A stretch of 63,469 nt of DNA, filler included, from Octopus bimaculoides (Eukaryota), in the NCBI RefSeq assembly GCF_001194135.2. It is 8 parts of 7 records of this genome, joined end to end, with 100 filler letters (N's around TTAATTAATTAA, not from the genome) between each part and the next. Parts side by side here need not be neighbours in the genome. Positions count along the whole stretch, not along the records: positions 51,775 to 56,007 come from NC_068990.1; positions 56,108 to 60,927 come from NC_068996.1; positions 61,028 to 62,313 come from NC_068983.1; positions 62,414 to 63,469 come from NW_026371282.1; 4 more parts are not named here. One strand, written 5' to 3'. The first letter of the stretch is position 1; each line of letters begins with the position of its first letter. Shown in pieces: positions 52,241-63,469 of this stretch. Below the pieces are notes generated by a model. It was given only the letters and a program-made list of their open reading frames with translations. It did not search any database and was not told where the DNA came from. The position numbers and the translations under genes were made by a program.

Positions 52241-52544
52241 CAAGCAATACACAATACGTCGAGTGAACTACAATACTCTCCTATATAATTCAATTCCACG
52301 TTAACACATATATCCCATAAAAAAATGTGAAGTCTTAAAATTTCATTGTATTTAGATTAAACGTTATGGTAAGCTTTCATAATCTGGAAGAGAAGGACAG
52401 TATACAACTGTTGGTTATGGGTGTCGACTACCTACTGAACATTTCGTATGTTCAGTTAGATGCGTCCCGGCGACATCATGTCCAAACAAGTAGGAGCAGG
52501 TTTTGCGTTGCGAAAACGCAACTAGGGATATATATATATAGGTT

Positions 52545-52760
52545 AAGGCGGGGAGCTTGTAGAATCGTTAGCCCACCGGACGAAATGCTTATCGGTATTT
52601 CACTCGTCGCAACCTTCTGAGTTCAAATTCCGCCGAGGTCGACTTTGCCTTTCATCCTTTCGGGGTCGATAACATTAGTACCAGTCACGCACTGGGGTCG
52701 GTGTAATCGACTTAATTCCTTCCACCAAATTTGAGGCCTTGTACTTCCAGTAGAAAGGAT
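52545..52760 (+). mobile_element. Full-length SINE family A
   Basis: AAGGCGGGGAGCTTGTAGAATCGTTAG..GAGTTCAAATTCCGCCGAGGTCGACTTTGCC..CCAGTAGAAAGGA. Confidence 0.92.
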
Positions 52761-52835
52761 AATTGAGTTTCGCCTCCCCTCATACTCGCTGGACTTGTGT
52801 CAAAATTAGAAAGAATACTGAGATATTTTAAATGT

Positions 52836-52910
<75 letters not shown>

Positions 52911-53489
52911 AAGATTACATCATATTGAATGCAAAACTGTTCTCAAACACCTCAGTTTCCTTTTGAGTATTTGAGTATAGTTGGAGTTTGTGCTGCTATT
53001 TTTTATCTCCGAGGGTTTGTTTTATTCCATTGCCAGATACCAAAATAATTTCTTCAATGGAATCGTATCGAAATGCAGAAATGTGTTATAGATTTTAAGG
53101 GAAGTAAGTCATAGACAAATACTCTAGAGTTTTCTCCCTTGAAAGATTTTATTTCTTTATTAGTCGCATGCAATAGAAAGAATGACGTTAGCCGAAAACC
53201 ACTCTGTGTTTTATTGATATAATGGGTATGATAGTTTATTTCGACCTAAGATCCGTTTGTAGCGTTACCTTTTAACGCTGAATATGTACTCATTCCGCTG
53301 CAAATATTTTCAGCTTTCTTAGTTACTTCGTAAATGAGACGTTACTTAGTATAAAATTACAATCACTTATCACTAATAGATAACGTAAAAACAAGAACCA
53401 TTCACTTGACGTTTGTGAATACGGATGTATGTATATACATTTATAAATACATACAAGCTGGGGTACGGTGGTTAGGAAGGTGCGTGGCT

Positions 53490-53625
53490 CAGTTGCCTTT
53501 TCCTTGGACAACATGTGTACCGTAGAAAGGCTGATATGCATGGGTGGCTGCTTATCTTCTATAAACAACCTTTATCTCGGACTTGTGCCTCGGAGAGGAA
53601 CTTTCTCGGTACAAACTCATGGTGC
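53490..53625 (+). mobile_element. SINE 3' tail (family C-related variant)
   Basis: CCTTGGACAAC..GGCTGATATGCATGGG..TAAACAACC..GGACTTGTGCCTCGGAG, recognised as an octopus SINE tail. Confidence 0.55.
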
Positions 53626-53749
53626 GATGGGTAAATTGTAAACATTTTATATATTTAATGTCGCGCATGCACATTGTTTGTTTTTGATTTTGTCGACTAA
53701 CACAGTATAGTAGGGTCTGTTGGGCACCATCTGTGACAAAAAACAGCAC

Positions 53750-54480
53750 CATGACGCAATTCCCTCTGCCAGAAATTTGGAAACGACATGCTGTACTTCT
53801 TGGCATTCACGCCGGAAGCTCCAATATGAACATTTCAGAGTGTTTGGTTGTCAGTCTGAGGACAGTGCAGAGGATTCGGAAAAAGGTGGATGAATCTAAT
53901 GGTGATTACAAAGGTACGGCAGTAATTACGAAGGTACGGCAGCTCGGAAAGCTCACTTTGGTCGTTATGATAAGAAAAGAACTTCTGAATATGTTGGTGA
54001 AACCCTGGCCATAATTGACAACGCTCCCTCCAAGTCAATCAGGTCTATTGCCAGGGACATGGAAGTGTATGAGTTTCTTAAGGGCCAATTTTTATCCCCA
54101 GCCATCAAGGCCAAGAGGAAAGACCGCGGTACGAAGCTTTTGAAGAAACTCAAGCATCCCCGCCAATCGAACATGCTTTGGATTTTTTTGACGAGAAAAA
54201 TTTCTGCCAGGATCAGATGGTGAACACACAGACCAATAATTGGATTGCATTGTCCCCAAAACGTATCGTGAGCGATAAAAATCAAACAAACAGTCAACAT
54301 CATGTTATTTGGAGTGATCACTAGTGATGGCGATGTTATGCCTTCACTCATCTTCCCAAACGGCCTCATACTCAACACGGAGGCCTGAGTCAAGTGCCTG
54401 GAGGAGATAGAGCTGCCCTGGTTCAAGTGATTGGCTGCTGGAAGACCCTATCTCTAGTAACAGGACTCTGCACCATGCCG
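53750..54480 (+). mobile_element. Tc1/mariner transposase pseudogene (maT/DD37D-like), truncated by (ATC)n
   Basis: MTQFPLPEIWKRHAVLLGI..LRTVQRIRK, IDNAPSKSIRSIARDM, FDEKNFCQDQMVNTQ, IMLFGVITSDGDVMP.LIFP, QDSAPC; first two catalytic Asp visible; stops, frameshifts and an internal deletion. Confidence 0.88.
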
Positions 54481-54723
54481 GTTATCATCACCATCATCAT
54501 CACTATCATCATCGGCTTCATCATCACCGTCGTCGTCGTCATCATCATCATCATCATCATCATCATCACCATCATCATCGTTAATATCATCATCAATGAC
54601 ATCATCACGGACATCATGATCATCATCATGATCATCATCGTCGTCGTCGACACCATTATCATCATCATCGTCGTCATCATCATCATCATCACATTCATTA
54701 TCGTCGTTATTGTCGTCGCAGTC
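54481..54723. repeat. (ATC)n/(GTC)n trinucleotide tract
   Basis: Directly visible. Confidence 0.95.
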
Positions 54724-56107
54724 NNNNNNNNNNNNNNNNNNNNNNNNNNNNNNNNNNNNNNNNNNNNNNNNNNNNNNNNNNNNNNNNNNNNNNNNNNNNN
54801 NNNNNNNNNNNNNNNNNNNNNNNNNNNNNNNNNNNNNNNNNNNNNNNNNNNNNNNNNNNNNNNNNNNNNNNNNNNNNNNNNNNNNNNNNNNNNNNNNNNN
54901 NNNNNNNNNNNNNNNNNNNNNNNNNNNNNNNNNNNNNNNNNNNNNNNNNNNNNNNNNNNNNNNNNNNNNNNNNNNNNNNNNNNNNNNNNNNNNNNNNNNN
55001 NNNNNNNNNNNNNNNNNNNNNNNNNNNNNNNNNNNNNNNNNNNNNNNNNNNNNNNNNNNNNNNNNNNNNNNNNNNNNNNNNNNNNNNNNNNNNNNNNNNN
55101 NNNNNNNNNNNNNNNNNNNNNNNNNNNNNCAGCTCTTCGAAACGCCGGTGTTAAAACGGGGGTAGCTGATGAAGTAGAATGTTCTCTATGTGGCTTATGT
55201 ATTTTCTCGTCTACGTTTTGTTTGCAATGTCCTGTACCCAGATATGCACCTATACATACAGGTGGATGTCGGTATGCACATACCTGTACGTATATATGCA
55301 TATACTCATTTACTATTTGTTTATCTTAATATATAAATCTGAAATTGTGTGTTTGTGTGAAGCCTTTTTGAATGTTTATAGAAATCCACATTTTCCACTT
55401 TTTCGTAAAAATTTTTACATCAATGGAATTTTCTTGATCTGAACTTTCCAGTGCAGCAATTAGATTTTTTTAATTCCGTTTACTTTGTGTGATTTAAGGG
55501 AGATTTGACTGTTGTTTCTAGCATCTTTTATATTTCAACCCTTCTACCTGGAACGTAATTCTTACACACGCGCTCAACATAAAAATATAGAGAGTAAGAG
55601 TTAAAGAGGGAGAGGGAGAGAGAGAGAAAGTGATACATACAACGTCATAGATTAAACTTTCATCTCAGTATTCTTAACCTATTTTTCATAACATAGATAC
55701 GTAAAAACACACACAACCACACATACATGACCTGTGACAACAACATACACATTGCTCTCAATCTCTATTCATTTCTCCCCCTCTTCCTCTCTCGCTCTCT
55801 CAAACGTATTGTATACGTTTGAGAGAGCGAGAGAGGAAGTAAACACAATCATTCACATCGTGGTATATTTGCAAAACGTTGATGGCGTAACTACAGAGTT
55901 GTATCCCCTAACTTTGGAAGGTCATAACTTTCATAAAAATGAATATTTTTGAATGAAATTTTCTATGCATATATTATTTATTATGTAGATTCCAAATATA
56001 CAAGAATNNNNNNNNNNNNNNNNNNNNNNNNNNNNNNNNNNNNNNNNNNNNTTAATTAATTAANNNNNNNNNNNNNNNNNNNNNNNNNNNNNNNNNNNNN
56101 NNNNNNN

Positions 56108-56430
56108 TCCTTGGCTGGCCTCAAATCTCACCTGCGAACCCATGGAAAACAAACTTCAACCAGTTATTCTGATTATATGTCTGTGCACACGTTTGAATGT
56201 GGTGTGTACCAGAGGGCTTGCAAATCCAATGGGGGTCTTAAAAGACATGTTAGGATCCACAATGAGCAGAACTTACTTGCAGGTATTGGTAGTGCAAATC
56301 AGAGGTGCAATCTGTGTGGGTGTTTTTTCAAAACACTGTCTGGTTTAAAAAGCCACTTCAGACGCCATGAAAGGGCTAAGGTGTAGGTGCAGGAGGTGGT
56401 CAAACTCTGTGTAAGGAGTAGACAACCAGC
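56108..56430 (+). mobile_element. RTE-like LINE 3' end encoding three tandem C2H2-type fingers
   Basis: ..AGLKSHLRTH, FECGVYQRACKSNGGLKRHVRIH, CNLCGCFFKTLSGLKSHFRRH, stop at 56386, short 3' UTR, (ATGT)n tail. Confidence 0.75.
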
Positions 56431-56585
56431 ATGTATGTATGTATGTATGTATGTATTTATGTCGGTATGTATGTATGTGGGGCTGAAATATGTTCGTCTA
56501 TATGTAATCTAAAACTGTCACAAAGATTCGTAGAAAACATAGACATACACAATCGTTTGCACCGTCACACAGACATGTGCGCGGG

Positions 56586-56628
<43 letters not shown>

Positions 56629-56844
56629 ACGTTCATTGTAGCTTGTTTTCGAATTAATTTTCTCTTTCGCATATCAATGTTTCCTTGTTTATATTTCATT
56701 CTTCAAAATGCGGGAAATGTTATACAAAATAATAAATGAAAAATAAGTAAAACAATTTTGCATCAAAAATAAGTAAACACGCAAACAATAACAATAATAT
56801 CAACCACAACAAAAATGACACATACACACACGGAAACACTGACA

Positions 56845-56909
<65 letters not shown>

Positions 56910-58939
56910 NNNNNNNNNNNNNNNNNNNNNNNNNNNNNNNNNNNNNNNNNNNNNNNNNNNNNNNNNNNNNNNNNNNNNNNNNNNNNNNNNNNNNNNNNNN
57001 NNNNNNNNNNNNNNNNNNNNNNNNNNNNNNNNNNNNNNNNNNNNNNNNNNNNNNNNNNNNNNNNNNNNNNNNNNNNNNNNNNNNNNNNNNNNNNNNNNNN
57101 NNNNNNNNNNNNNNNNNNNNNNNNNNNNNNNNNNNNNNNNNNNNNNNNNNNNNNNNNNNNNNNNNNNNNNNNNNNNNNNNNNNNNNNNNNNNNNNNNNNN
57201 NNNNNNNNNNNNNNNNNNNNNNNNNNNNNNNNNNNNNNNNNNNNNNNNNNNNNNNNNNNNNNNNNNNNNNNNNNNNNNNNNNNNNNNNNNNNNNNNNNNN
57301 NNNNNNNNNNNNNNNNNNNNNNNNNNNNNNNNNNNNNNNNNNNNNNNNNNNNNNNNNNNNNNNNNNNNNNNNNNNNNNNNNNNNNNNNNNNNNNNNNNNN
57401 NNNNNNNNNNNNNNNNNNNNNNNNNNNNNNNNNNNNNNNNNNNNNNNNNNNNNNNNNNNNNNNNNNNNNNNNNNNNNNNNNNNNNNNNNNNNNNNNNNNN
57501 NNNNNNNNNNNNNNNNNNNNNNNNNNNNNNNNNNNNNNNNNNNNNNNNNNNNNNNNNNNNNNNNNNNNNNNNNNNNNNNNNNNNNNNNNNNNNNNNNNNN
57601 NNNNNNNNNNNNNNNNNNNNNNNNNNNNNNNNNNNNNNNNNNNNNNNNNNNNNNNNNNNNNNNNNNNNNNNNNNNNNNNNNNNNNNNNNNNNNNNNNNNN
57701 NNNNNNNNNNNNNNNNNNNNNNNNNNNNNNNNNNNNNNNNNNNNNNNNNNNNNNNNNNNNNNNNNNNNNNNNNNNNNNNNNNNNNNNNNNNNNNNNNNNN
57801 TATATATATGTATATATATGTATATATATATATATATGTATATATATATCTGTATATGTATATATATGTCTATATATATGAATATATATGTATATATATA
57901 TATATGTGTGTGTGTGTGCATATGTATATATATATATATATATATCTTTCTCTCTCTCTCTCTCTCTCTCTTACTATATATATGTGTGTTTGTGTATGCG
58001 TACGTATATATATATATACCTGCATGTATAAATGTATGCGCAAAAAGCACGCAATGCTATGCTACTAACATATAGTTATACTTATCATCACCAACATCTA
58101 TATTATATATAAGCAATATATTTCTGTACAATATTGTATATACATAGACATAGTGGCATACAATACCACTGTAAGCATACGTTTAAGAATATACGCATTT
58201 TGCATGGATATATTTTTATATGAATATACATACAGTTTATATGAATGTTTAGCAATATTTCTGCATCATTTTCCGTACAAGTATTAATGTAGAGATTTCA
58301 TTTCAAAATGTATATTACAAACAATTCCATTAAAAATATGATAACATGATATACATGTTTTGCTAAATGTTTTATTGTTCATTGTGTCTGTCTTTCTGGA
58401 TGTCTTTCTTTTCTCTTGGTATGATGTATGTTAGTTTATGCGCGTGCGCGGGCGTGTATGAAGGTATTGTGCGCATATATATAGATGTATTTATGCACAT
58501 AAACACAGTCGTACATATACATATACGTATGCACGTCGGTGTATATGTGCATGCGGGTTTGTGTGTGTATATGTGTGTATGTTATATGCTGATAAAATCG
58601 AGCAATTTCAAATCCTACGACTTTTAGAACTAATTAGGCGTTCTCCATATCATACAATTGTTTATGAATCAACACAGGCCTTTTCAAGGCCAGATAATTG
58701 CAGGGTCACTCATTTACAGTTGAAATTAACTGGAGACTATAGAGCAATATAACATGAAATGTTTCGCTTAAGAATACAAGATGCCACAAGCTACGACATA
58801 GCTATCGCATGTGCAACGCGTTAATTGTAGACCACGTGCCTGAACATTGGCAGCTATGTATATACGTGTATATGCTTGTGTGTGTGTGTGTGTGTGTGCA
58901 TGTATAAATGTATGCACATATGTTTATAAATATATTCAT

Positions 58940-59034
<95 letters not shown>

Positions 59035-59783
59035 NNNNNNNNNNNNNNNNNNNNNNNNNNNNNNNNNNNNNNNNNNNNNNNNNNNNNNNNNNNNNNNNNN
59101 NNNNNNNNNNNNNNNNNNNNNNNNNNNNNNNNNNNNNNNNNNNNNNNNNNNNNNNNNNNNNNNNNNNNNNNNNNNNNNNNNNNNNNNNNNNNNNNNNNNN
59201 NNNNNNNNNNNNNNNNNNNNNNNNNNNNNNNNNNNNNNNNNNNNNNNNNNNNNNNNNNNNNNNNNNNNNNNNNNNNNNNNNNNNNNNNNNNNNNNNNNNN
59301 NNNNNNNNNNNNNNNNNNNNNNNNNNNNNNNNNNNNNNNNNNNNNNNNNNNNNNNNNNNNNNNNNNNNNNNNNNNNNNNNNNNNNNNNNNNNNNNNNNNN
59401 NNNNNNNNNNNNNNNNNNNNNNNNNNNNNNNNNNNNNNNNNNNNNNNNNNNNNNNNNNNNNNNNNNNNNNNNNNNNNNNNNNNNNNNNNNNNNNNNNNNN
59501 NNNNNNNNNNNNNNNNNNNNNNNNNNNNNNNNNNNNNNNNNNNNNNNNNNNNNNNNNNNNNNNNNNNNNNNNNNNNNNNNNNNNNNNNNNNNNNNNNNNN
59601 NNNNNNNNNNNNNNNNNNNNNNNNNNNNNNNNNNNNNNNNNNNNNNNNNNNNNNNNNNNNNNNNNNNNNNNNNNNNNNNNNNNNNNNNNNNNNNNNNNNN
59701 NNNNNNNNNNNNNNNNNNNNNNNNNNNNNNNNNNNNNNNNNNNNNNNNNNNNNNNNNNNNNNNNNNNNNNNNNNNNNNNNNNN

Positions 59784-60310
59784 GATTTTCAAACACTATG
59801 AATTTAGCACAAATAATTGCAGCCCATAATTTTAAAATACTAAAATCTAAAGAAATAGGGGTGGATAGGGATATGAATTTGATTACAGTAACAGAGGTCA
59901 ACCCTAGAAGATTGAAATTTGAAGGCCCAAATGCGAGAGTTAGAAATGGAGTTTATCAATGTAAGGTAAGGACTCAAACAGATGCTAGGCGATACCTGGG
60001 GTGTACTTCGGGACAAATCTGTAAAAGAATATCTAATCATTATAGTACCCTTAGAGATAGAAGGAAAATAGCAAGCACTAGCCTTAGTAAATTCATCTGG
60101 GAACTCAAAGAACAAAAAAAGTCATATTCGTTAGAATGGTCGATTATCCCGAGGTCATTTCCATACGATAAGGGTAGGAAATACTGTTCGCTATGTATCT
60201 TAGAACATTATTACATATTATTCTCTAAGGGCAAGTTGATAAATAAACTAACAAATAATGCTCTAAAATGTACACATTTTTTAAGGCACACTTTTCGCTG
60301 GTTTAAATAA
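59784..60310 (+). mobile_element. Penelope-like element ORF C-terminus with GIY-YIG endonuclease (open frame from gap to stop)
   Basis: NLAQIIAAHNFKIL..GVYQ..YLG..KRISNH..STSLSKFIWELK..EWSII..CSLCILE..LINK..KCTH: GIY-YIG motifs, catalytic Arg/Glu/Asn and the terminal CxxC..CxH; no stops over about 175 codons. Confidence 0.9.
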
Positions 60311-60795
60311 AATTGCAATATGACAGGGTATTATTGTGCATTATAACGTAGTAGTTAGTTCATAGACAGGTCATACTAATATAATTTACCAATAGCAGCA
60401 GGGATTTTGTAAAAGCTTCTAAAGATTATATAGTATAGATTCCCATGGTAGTTGAAGATTAGCTATAATTTATAGTAAATTACAATATAAGTTTAGGTCT
60501 TAAGGTAGGCCACATTAGTATATAATTTACCAATAGCAGTTGTGGTCTTTACTATAACTTCTAGTGACAATTGAGGATTGAGTTCCATTGTAATAGAGAA
60601 TTGACTATAATCTATAGTACATTGTAGTAACCATTCTAGAGGTATTATTGATAATTTAGTTTAAAATATTTCATTAAGACTCTCCAGATTATCTGCTAAT
60701 AATAGGATTTTTAATAACGGAGCTCAATTCTATATTTCGGCATTAAATTGGGCAGTTTACAAAGAGAAGGTTTACTATATTGAAACTGATTGTAG

Positions 60796-60867
<72 letters not shown>

Positions 60868-61027
60868 GATCAATTATTGATCAATAAAGCCATAACTGAA
60901 GACATCCGCAGAAAGAAGAAAGGCCTTNNNNNNNNNNNNNNNNNNNNNNNNNNNNNNNNNNNNNNNNNNNNTTAATTAATTAANNNNNNNNNNNNNNNNN
61001 NNNNNNNNNNNNNNNNNNNNNNNNNNN

Positions 61028-61190
61028 TTTCCTGTCTATTTTACATAGTTTGTTCAGTGTCCAGTTAAGGATGTTGTAGCTGTAGCTTATAGCTGGGACA
61101 GCTAAAGTGTTGATACCCATTATCTTGTTTTTAGCATTGAGCTCTGTTTTTAGTATTGATCTAACTCGTCTATAGTACTCTTTCTTTATT
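61028..61190 (-). mobile_element. R4/Dong LINE RT-thumb fragment
   Basis: IKKEYYRRVRSILKTELNAKNKIMGINTLAVPAISYSYNILNWT..KIDRK; begins directly after (AAT)n. Confidence 0.88.
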
Positions 61191-61197
61191 ATTATTA

Positions 61198-61262
<65 letters not shown>

Positions 61263-61489
61263 GATTGATTGATTGATTCGTTCATTCATTCATTCATACA
61301 TTCATTGACAGGGCAGTGTATGCTATCAAAGTGACACTAGTGTAAAATATACAAAGCCCAATATAACCTTCATGAGTACCCGTCTGATAAGGGTCACCAG
61401 GCACATTCATCACAACCATATGTGCGTGACATAGTGATCTCATATCAAAATAAACCTTATGCGATACATTATAGAGAGGGCTGGGACCA

Positions 61490-61740
61490 CAGTTGGCTTC
61501 GGGGTGCTCTAATCCATATCCTGAAAGCAGGCGGTTTCGGAGCCTTTTTCAGAGGCTGGATCGCTACAATGCACAGCAGCACGTTTTCAGTGGTCAAAGT
61601 AAACGGTCCACTATCGGAGCCGTTTCGCATCGCACGCTTGGTCTGTCAGGGGTGCTCGCTGCCACCTCTTCTATACGTATTGGCACTAGAATCACTGTTG
61701 CGGAAGTTGGAACAGCTCTCGAACTGGGATGCCCTCCAAT
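61490..61740 (+). mobile_element. L1/Tx1 LINE reverse-transcriptase fragment
   Basis: LKAGGFGAFFRGWIATMHS..VKVNGPLSEPF..VCQGCSLPPLLYVLALESLLRKL (RT domain 4, QGCPLSPLL-type). Confidence 0.88.
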
Positions 61741-61749
61741 TCTTTTAGG

Positions 61750-62205
61750 GAAACGTTGTCATCTACTGGTATTGGTACATCAATTAGAAAGCATTTTTTT
61801 CCTTCATGATCTCTGACAACTATATCTGATCTATTGGCCTTAATTTCTCTATCTGTGTATATTTGCATATCCCATAGTATGATTGTTTTCTCGTTTTCTG
61901 TGACCTTTTCTGGCGTGTGCCTATACCATCTTTTTTCTGTTTTTATTCTATAATGTTGGCATAGCTTCCAGTGTATGTAAGTCCCAACTCTGTCGTGTCT
62001 GTGAATATATTCCTTCTTAGCCAGGACTGGGCAGCCAGAGATAATATGATATATTGTTTCTTGTCCATCGCCACATATTCTGCAGTTACTTGTTATGTTT
62101 CTTTTCATTATATGTTTTTGGTTATTTCTGGTGGGGAGGCTTTGGTCTTGTGCAGCAATTAAAAATCCTTCAGTCTCTGCTTTGAGTCCTGGGTTTCTCA
62201 ACCAT
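61750..62205 (-). mobile_element. R4/Dong LINE CCHC zinc knuckle plus RLE fragment
   Basis: LKAETEGFLIAAQDQ..CRICG..ETIYHIISGC..RHD..ILWDMQIYTDREIKANRSDIVV..LIDVPIP. Confidence 0.92.
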
Positions 62206-62214
62206 TGCTGAGAT

Positions 62215-62313
62215 TTTTATTCTTATTAATATTATTATTATTTTATGTTTGACTTTTGTTTTGCATTTGTACAAGTTGGATCCAAGTCTCACCCAGAGAC
62301 CTCAAGAGACATT
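62215..62313 (-). mobile_element. Probable R4/Dong 3' UTR with (TAA)n tail
   Basis: Minus strand GTCTCTTGAGGTCTCTGGGTGAGACTTGGA..AAAGTCAAACATAAAATAATAATAAT. Confidence 0.55.
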
Positions 62314-62970
62314 NNNNNNNNNNNNNNNNNNNNNNNNNNNNNNNNNNNNNNNNNNNNTTAATTAATTAANNNNNNNNNNNNNNNNNNNNNNNNNNNNNNN
62401 NNNNNNNNNNNNNATATATATATATATATATACACATATATTGTGTATACATATATATATATTCATATTTATATATATACATACACACGCATAGGTATAT
62501 ACACTTATATGATGGCATATATATGTGTGTATATATATTTGTGTATGTATATAGATATTTATATGTGTGTGTATATACATATTTATATGTCCACCTCTAA
62601 AATTTTAAGGCTTCTAGTTTTCATGCTCTTTACCAGTGGGGATATTATAATGAAATTCTACCCCAAAATATGACTGGTATTTATCATATAGAATAAATTT
62701 CGGATAAAAATATAACAAAATACCAAGTCATTCCCAACAAGGATTTGAAACCAGTCCCTACAGCGTGTCTGTGTGTGGTTGTGAGGGTGTGTGTGTTTGT
62801 GAGTGTGTTTGTGCGTTTGTGTGCGTGTGTATGGGTACTTATATTCACACTAACATCAGTATTAATAAATGTTAGCAAAACTGTAAATAACTGATAATTG
62901 TAAGTATTTGAGTTATTCAGTATCTCATTTTTTTTTCTCTCTGTATATACATATATATATNNNNNNNNNN

Positions 62971-63029
<59 letters not shown>

Positions 63030-63270
63030 GTGTATATATACGTATATATGTATATATGAAATATTGAGCGGACATTATTTCGAAATCGACCATTACCCTT
63101 GATAAAATACAGGTGTTGTACTCTATATAAATGGATTCTGTATTCCAATTAATTTATGTTGGACTAGTTACGCGCGCGCGCGCATACATATCTATGTATA
63201 AAATATTCATAAAAGCATTCAGGTTTTACTACAAATAAACAGATTCACACACACTCATATGTCTGCGAAT

Positions 63271-63306
<36 letters not shown>

Positions 63307-63469
63307 TATGGGGAGTGCGATGAGGAAGAATATTCGGGAAAGCACGGAAAATACAATGGAGACGGACCTGCCCGACGACTCCCTCATCAATTATCGAATA
63401 AATATCATCACAATTTTACATATATATGTGTGTGTACGTTTGTGTGTGTGTATGTGTGTACAGGCGCAT

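Noticed and set aside
55130-55185. CGAAACGCC and a nearby CTGATGA
   Set aside because: Wrong order and spacing, no stems, and the upstream part is lost in a gap.
56111-56386. Host C2H2 zinc-finger gene
   Set aside because: One Cys is mutated, there are no TGEKP-type linkers, and it ends in a 3' UTR plus microsatellite tail shared by three dispersed copies. A retroelement end explains it better.

Overview
AT-rich eukaryotic genomic DNA full of microsatellites and N-gaps from a draft assembly. The repeat families suggest a coleoid cephalopod, most likely Octopus; this is an inference from remembered repeat sequences, not a database hit. I can find no convincing multi-exon host gene. The window is mostly decayed mobile elements: at least five tRNA-derived SINE families; fragments of R4/Dong (RLE-type), L1/Tx1, CR1-like and RTE-like LINEs; Penelope-like element (PLE) GIY-YIG domains; Chapaev3-like, Tc1/mariner and pogo/Tigger DNA transposons; a Helentron/DINE-like element; and two long fold-back hairpins. 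The only gene-like signals are a CpG-rich island at 40.46-41.10 kb (possible promoter or first exon) and a possible ATG micro-exon at 43474. The most interesting signal is a set of hammerhead-ribozyme (HHR) motifs that the ORF track cannot show. One sits in the 3' part of a tRNA-headed SINE present as a head-to-head inverted dimer (14.8-15.3 kb). Minimal type I HHR motifs also occur at 7.4, 25.75 and 37.1 kb, in the same window as PLE endonuclease remnants. Coordinates of decayed elements are approximate (about +/-20 bp), and family names come from motif recognition and recall only.
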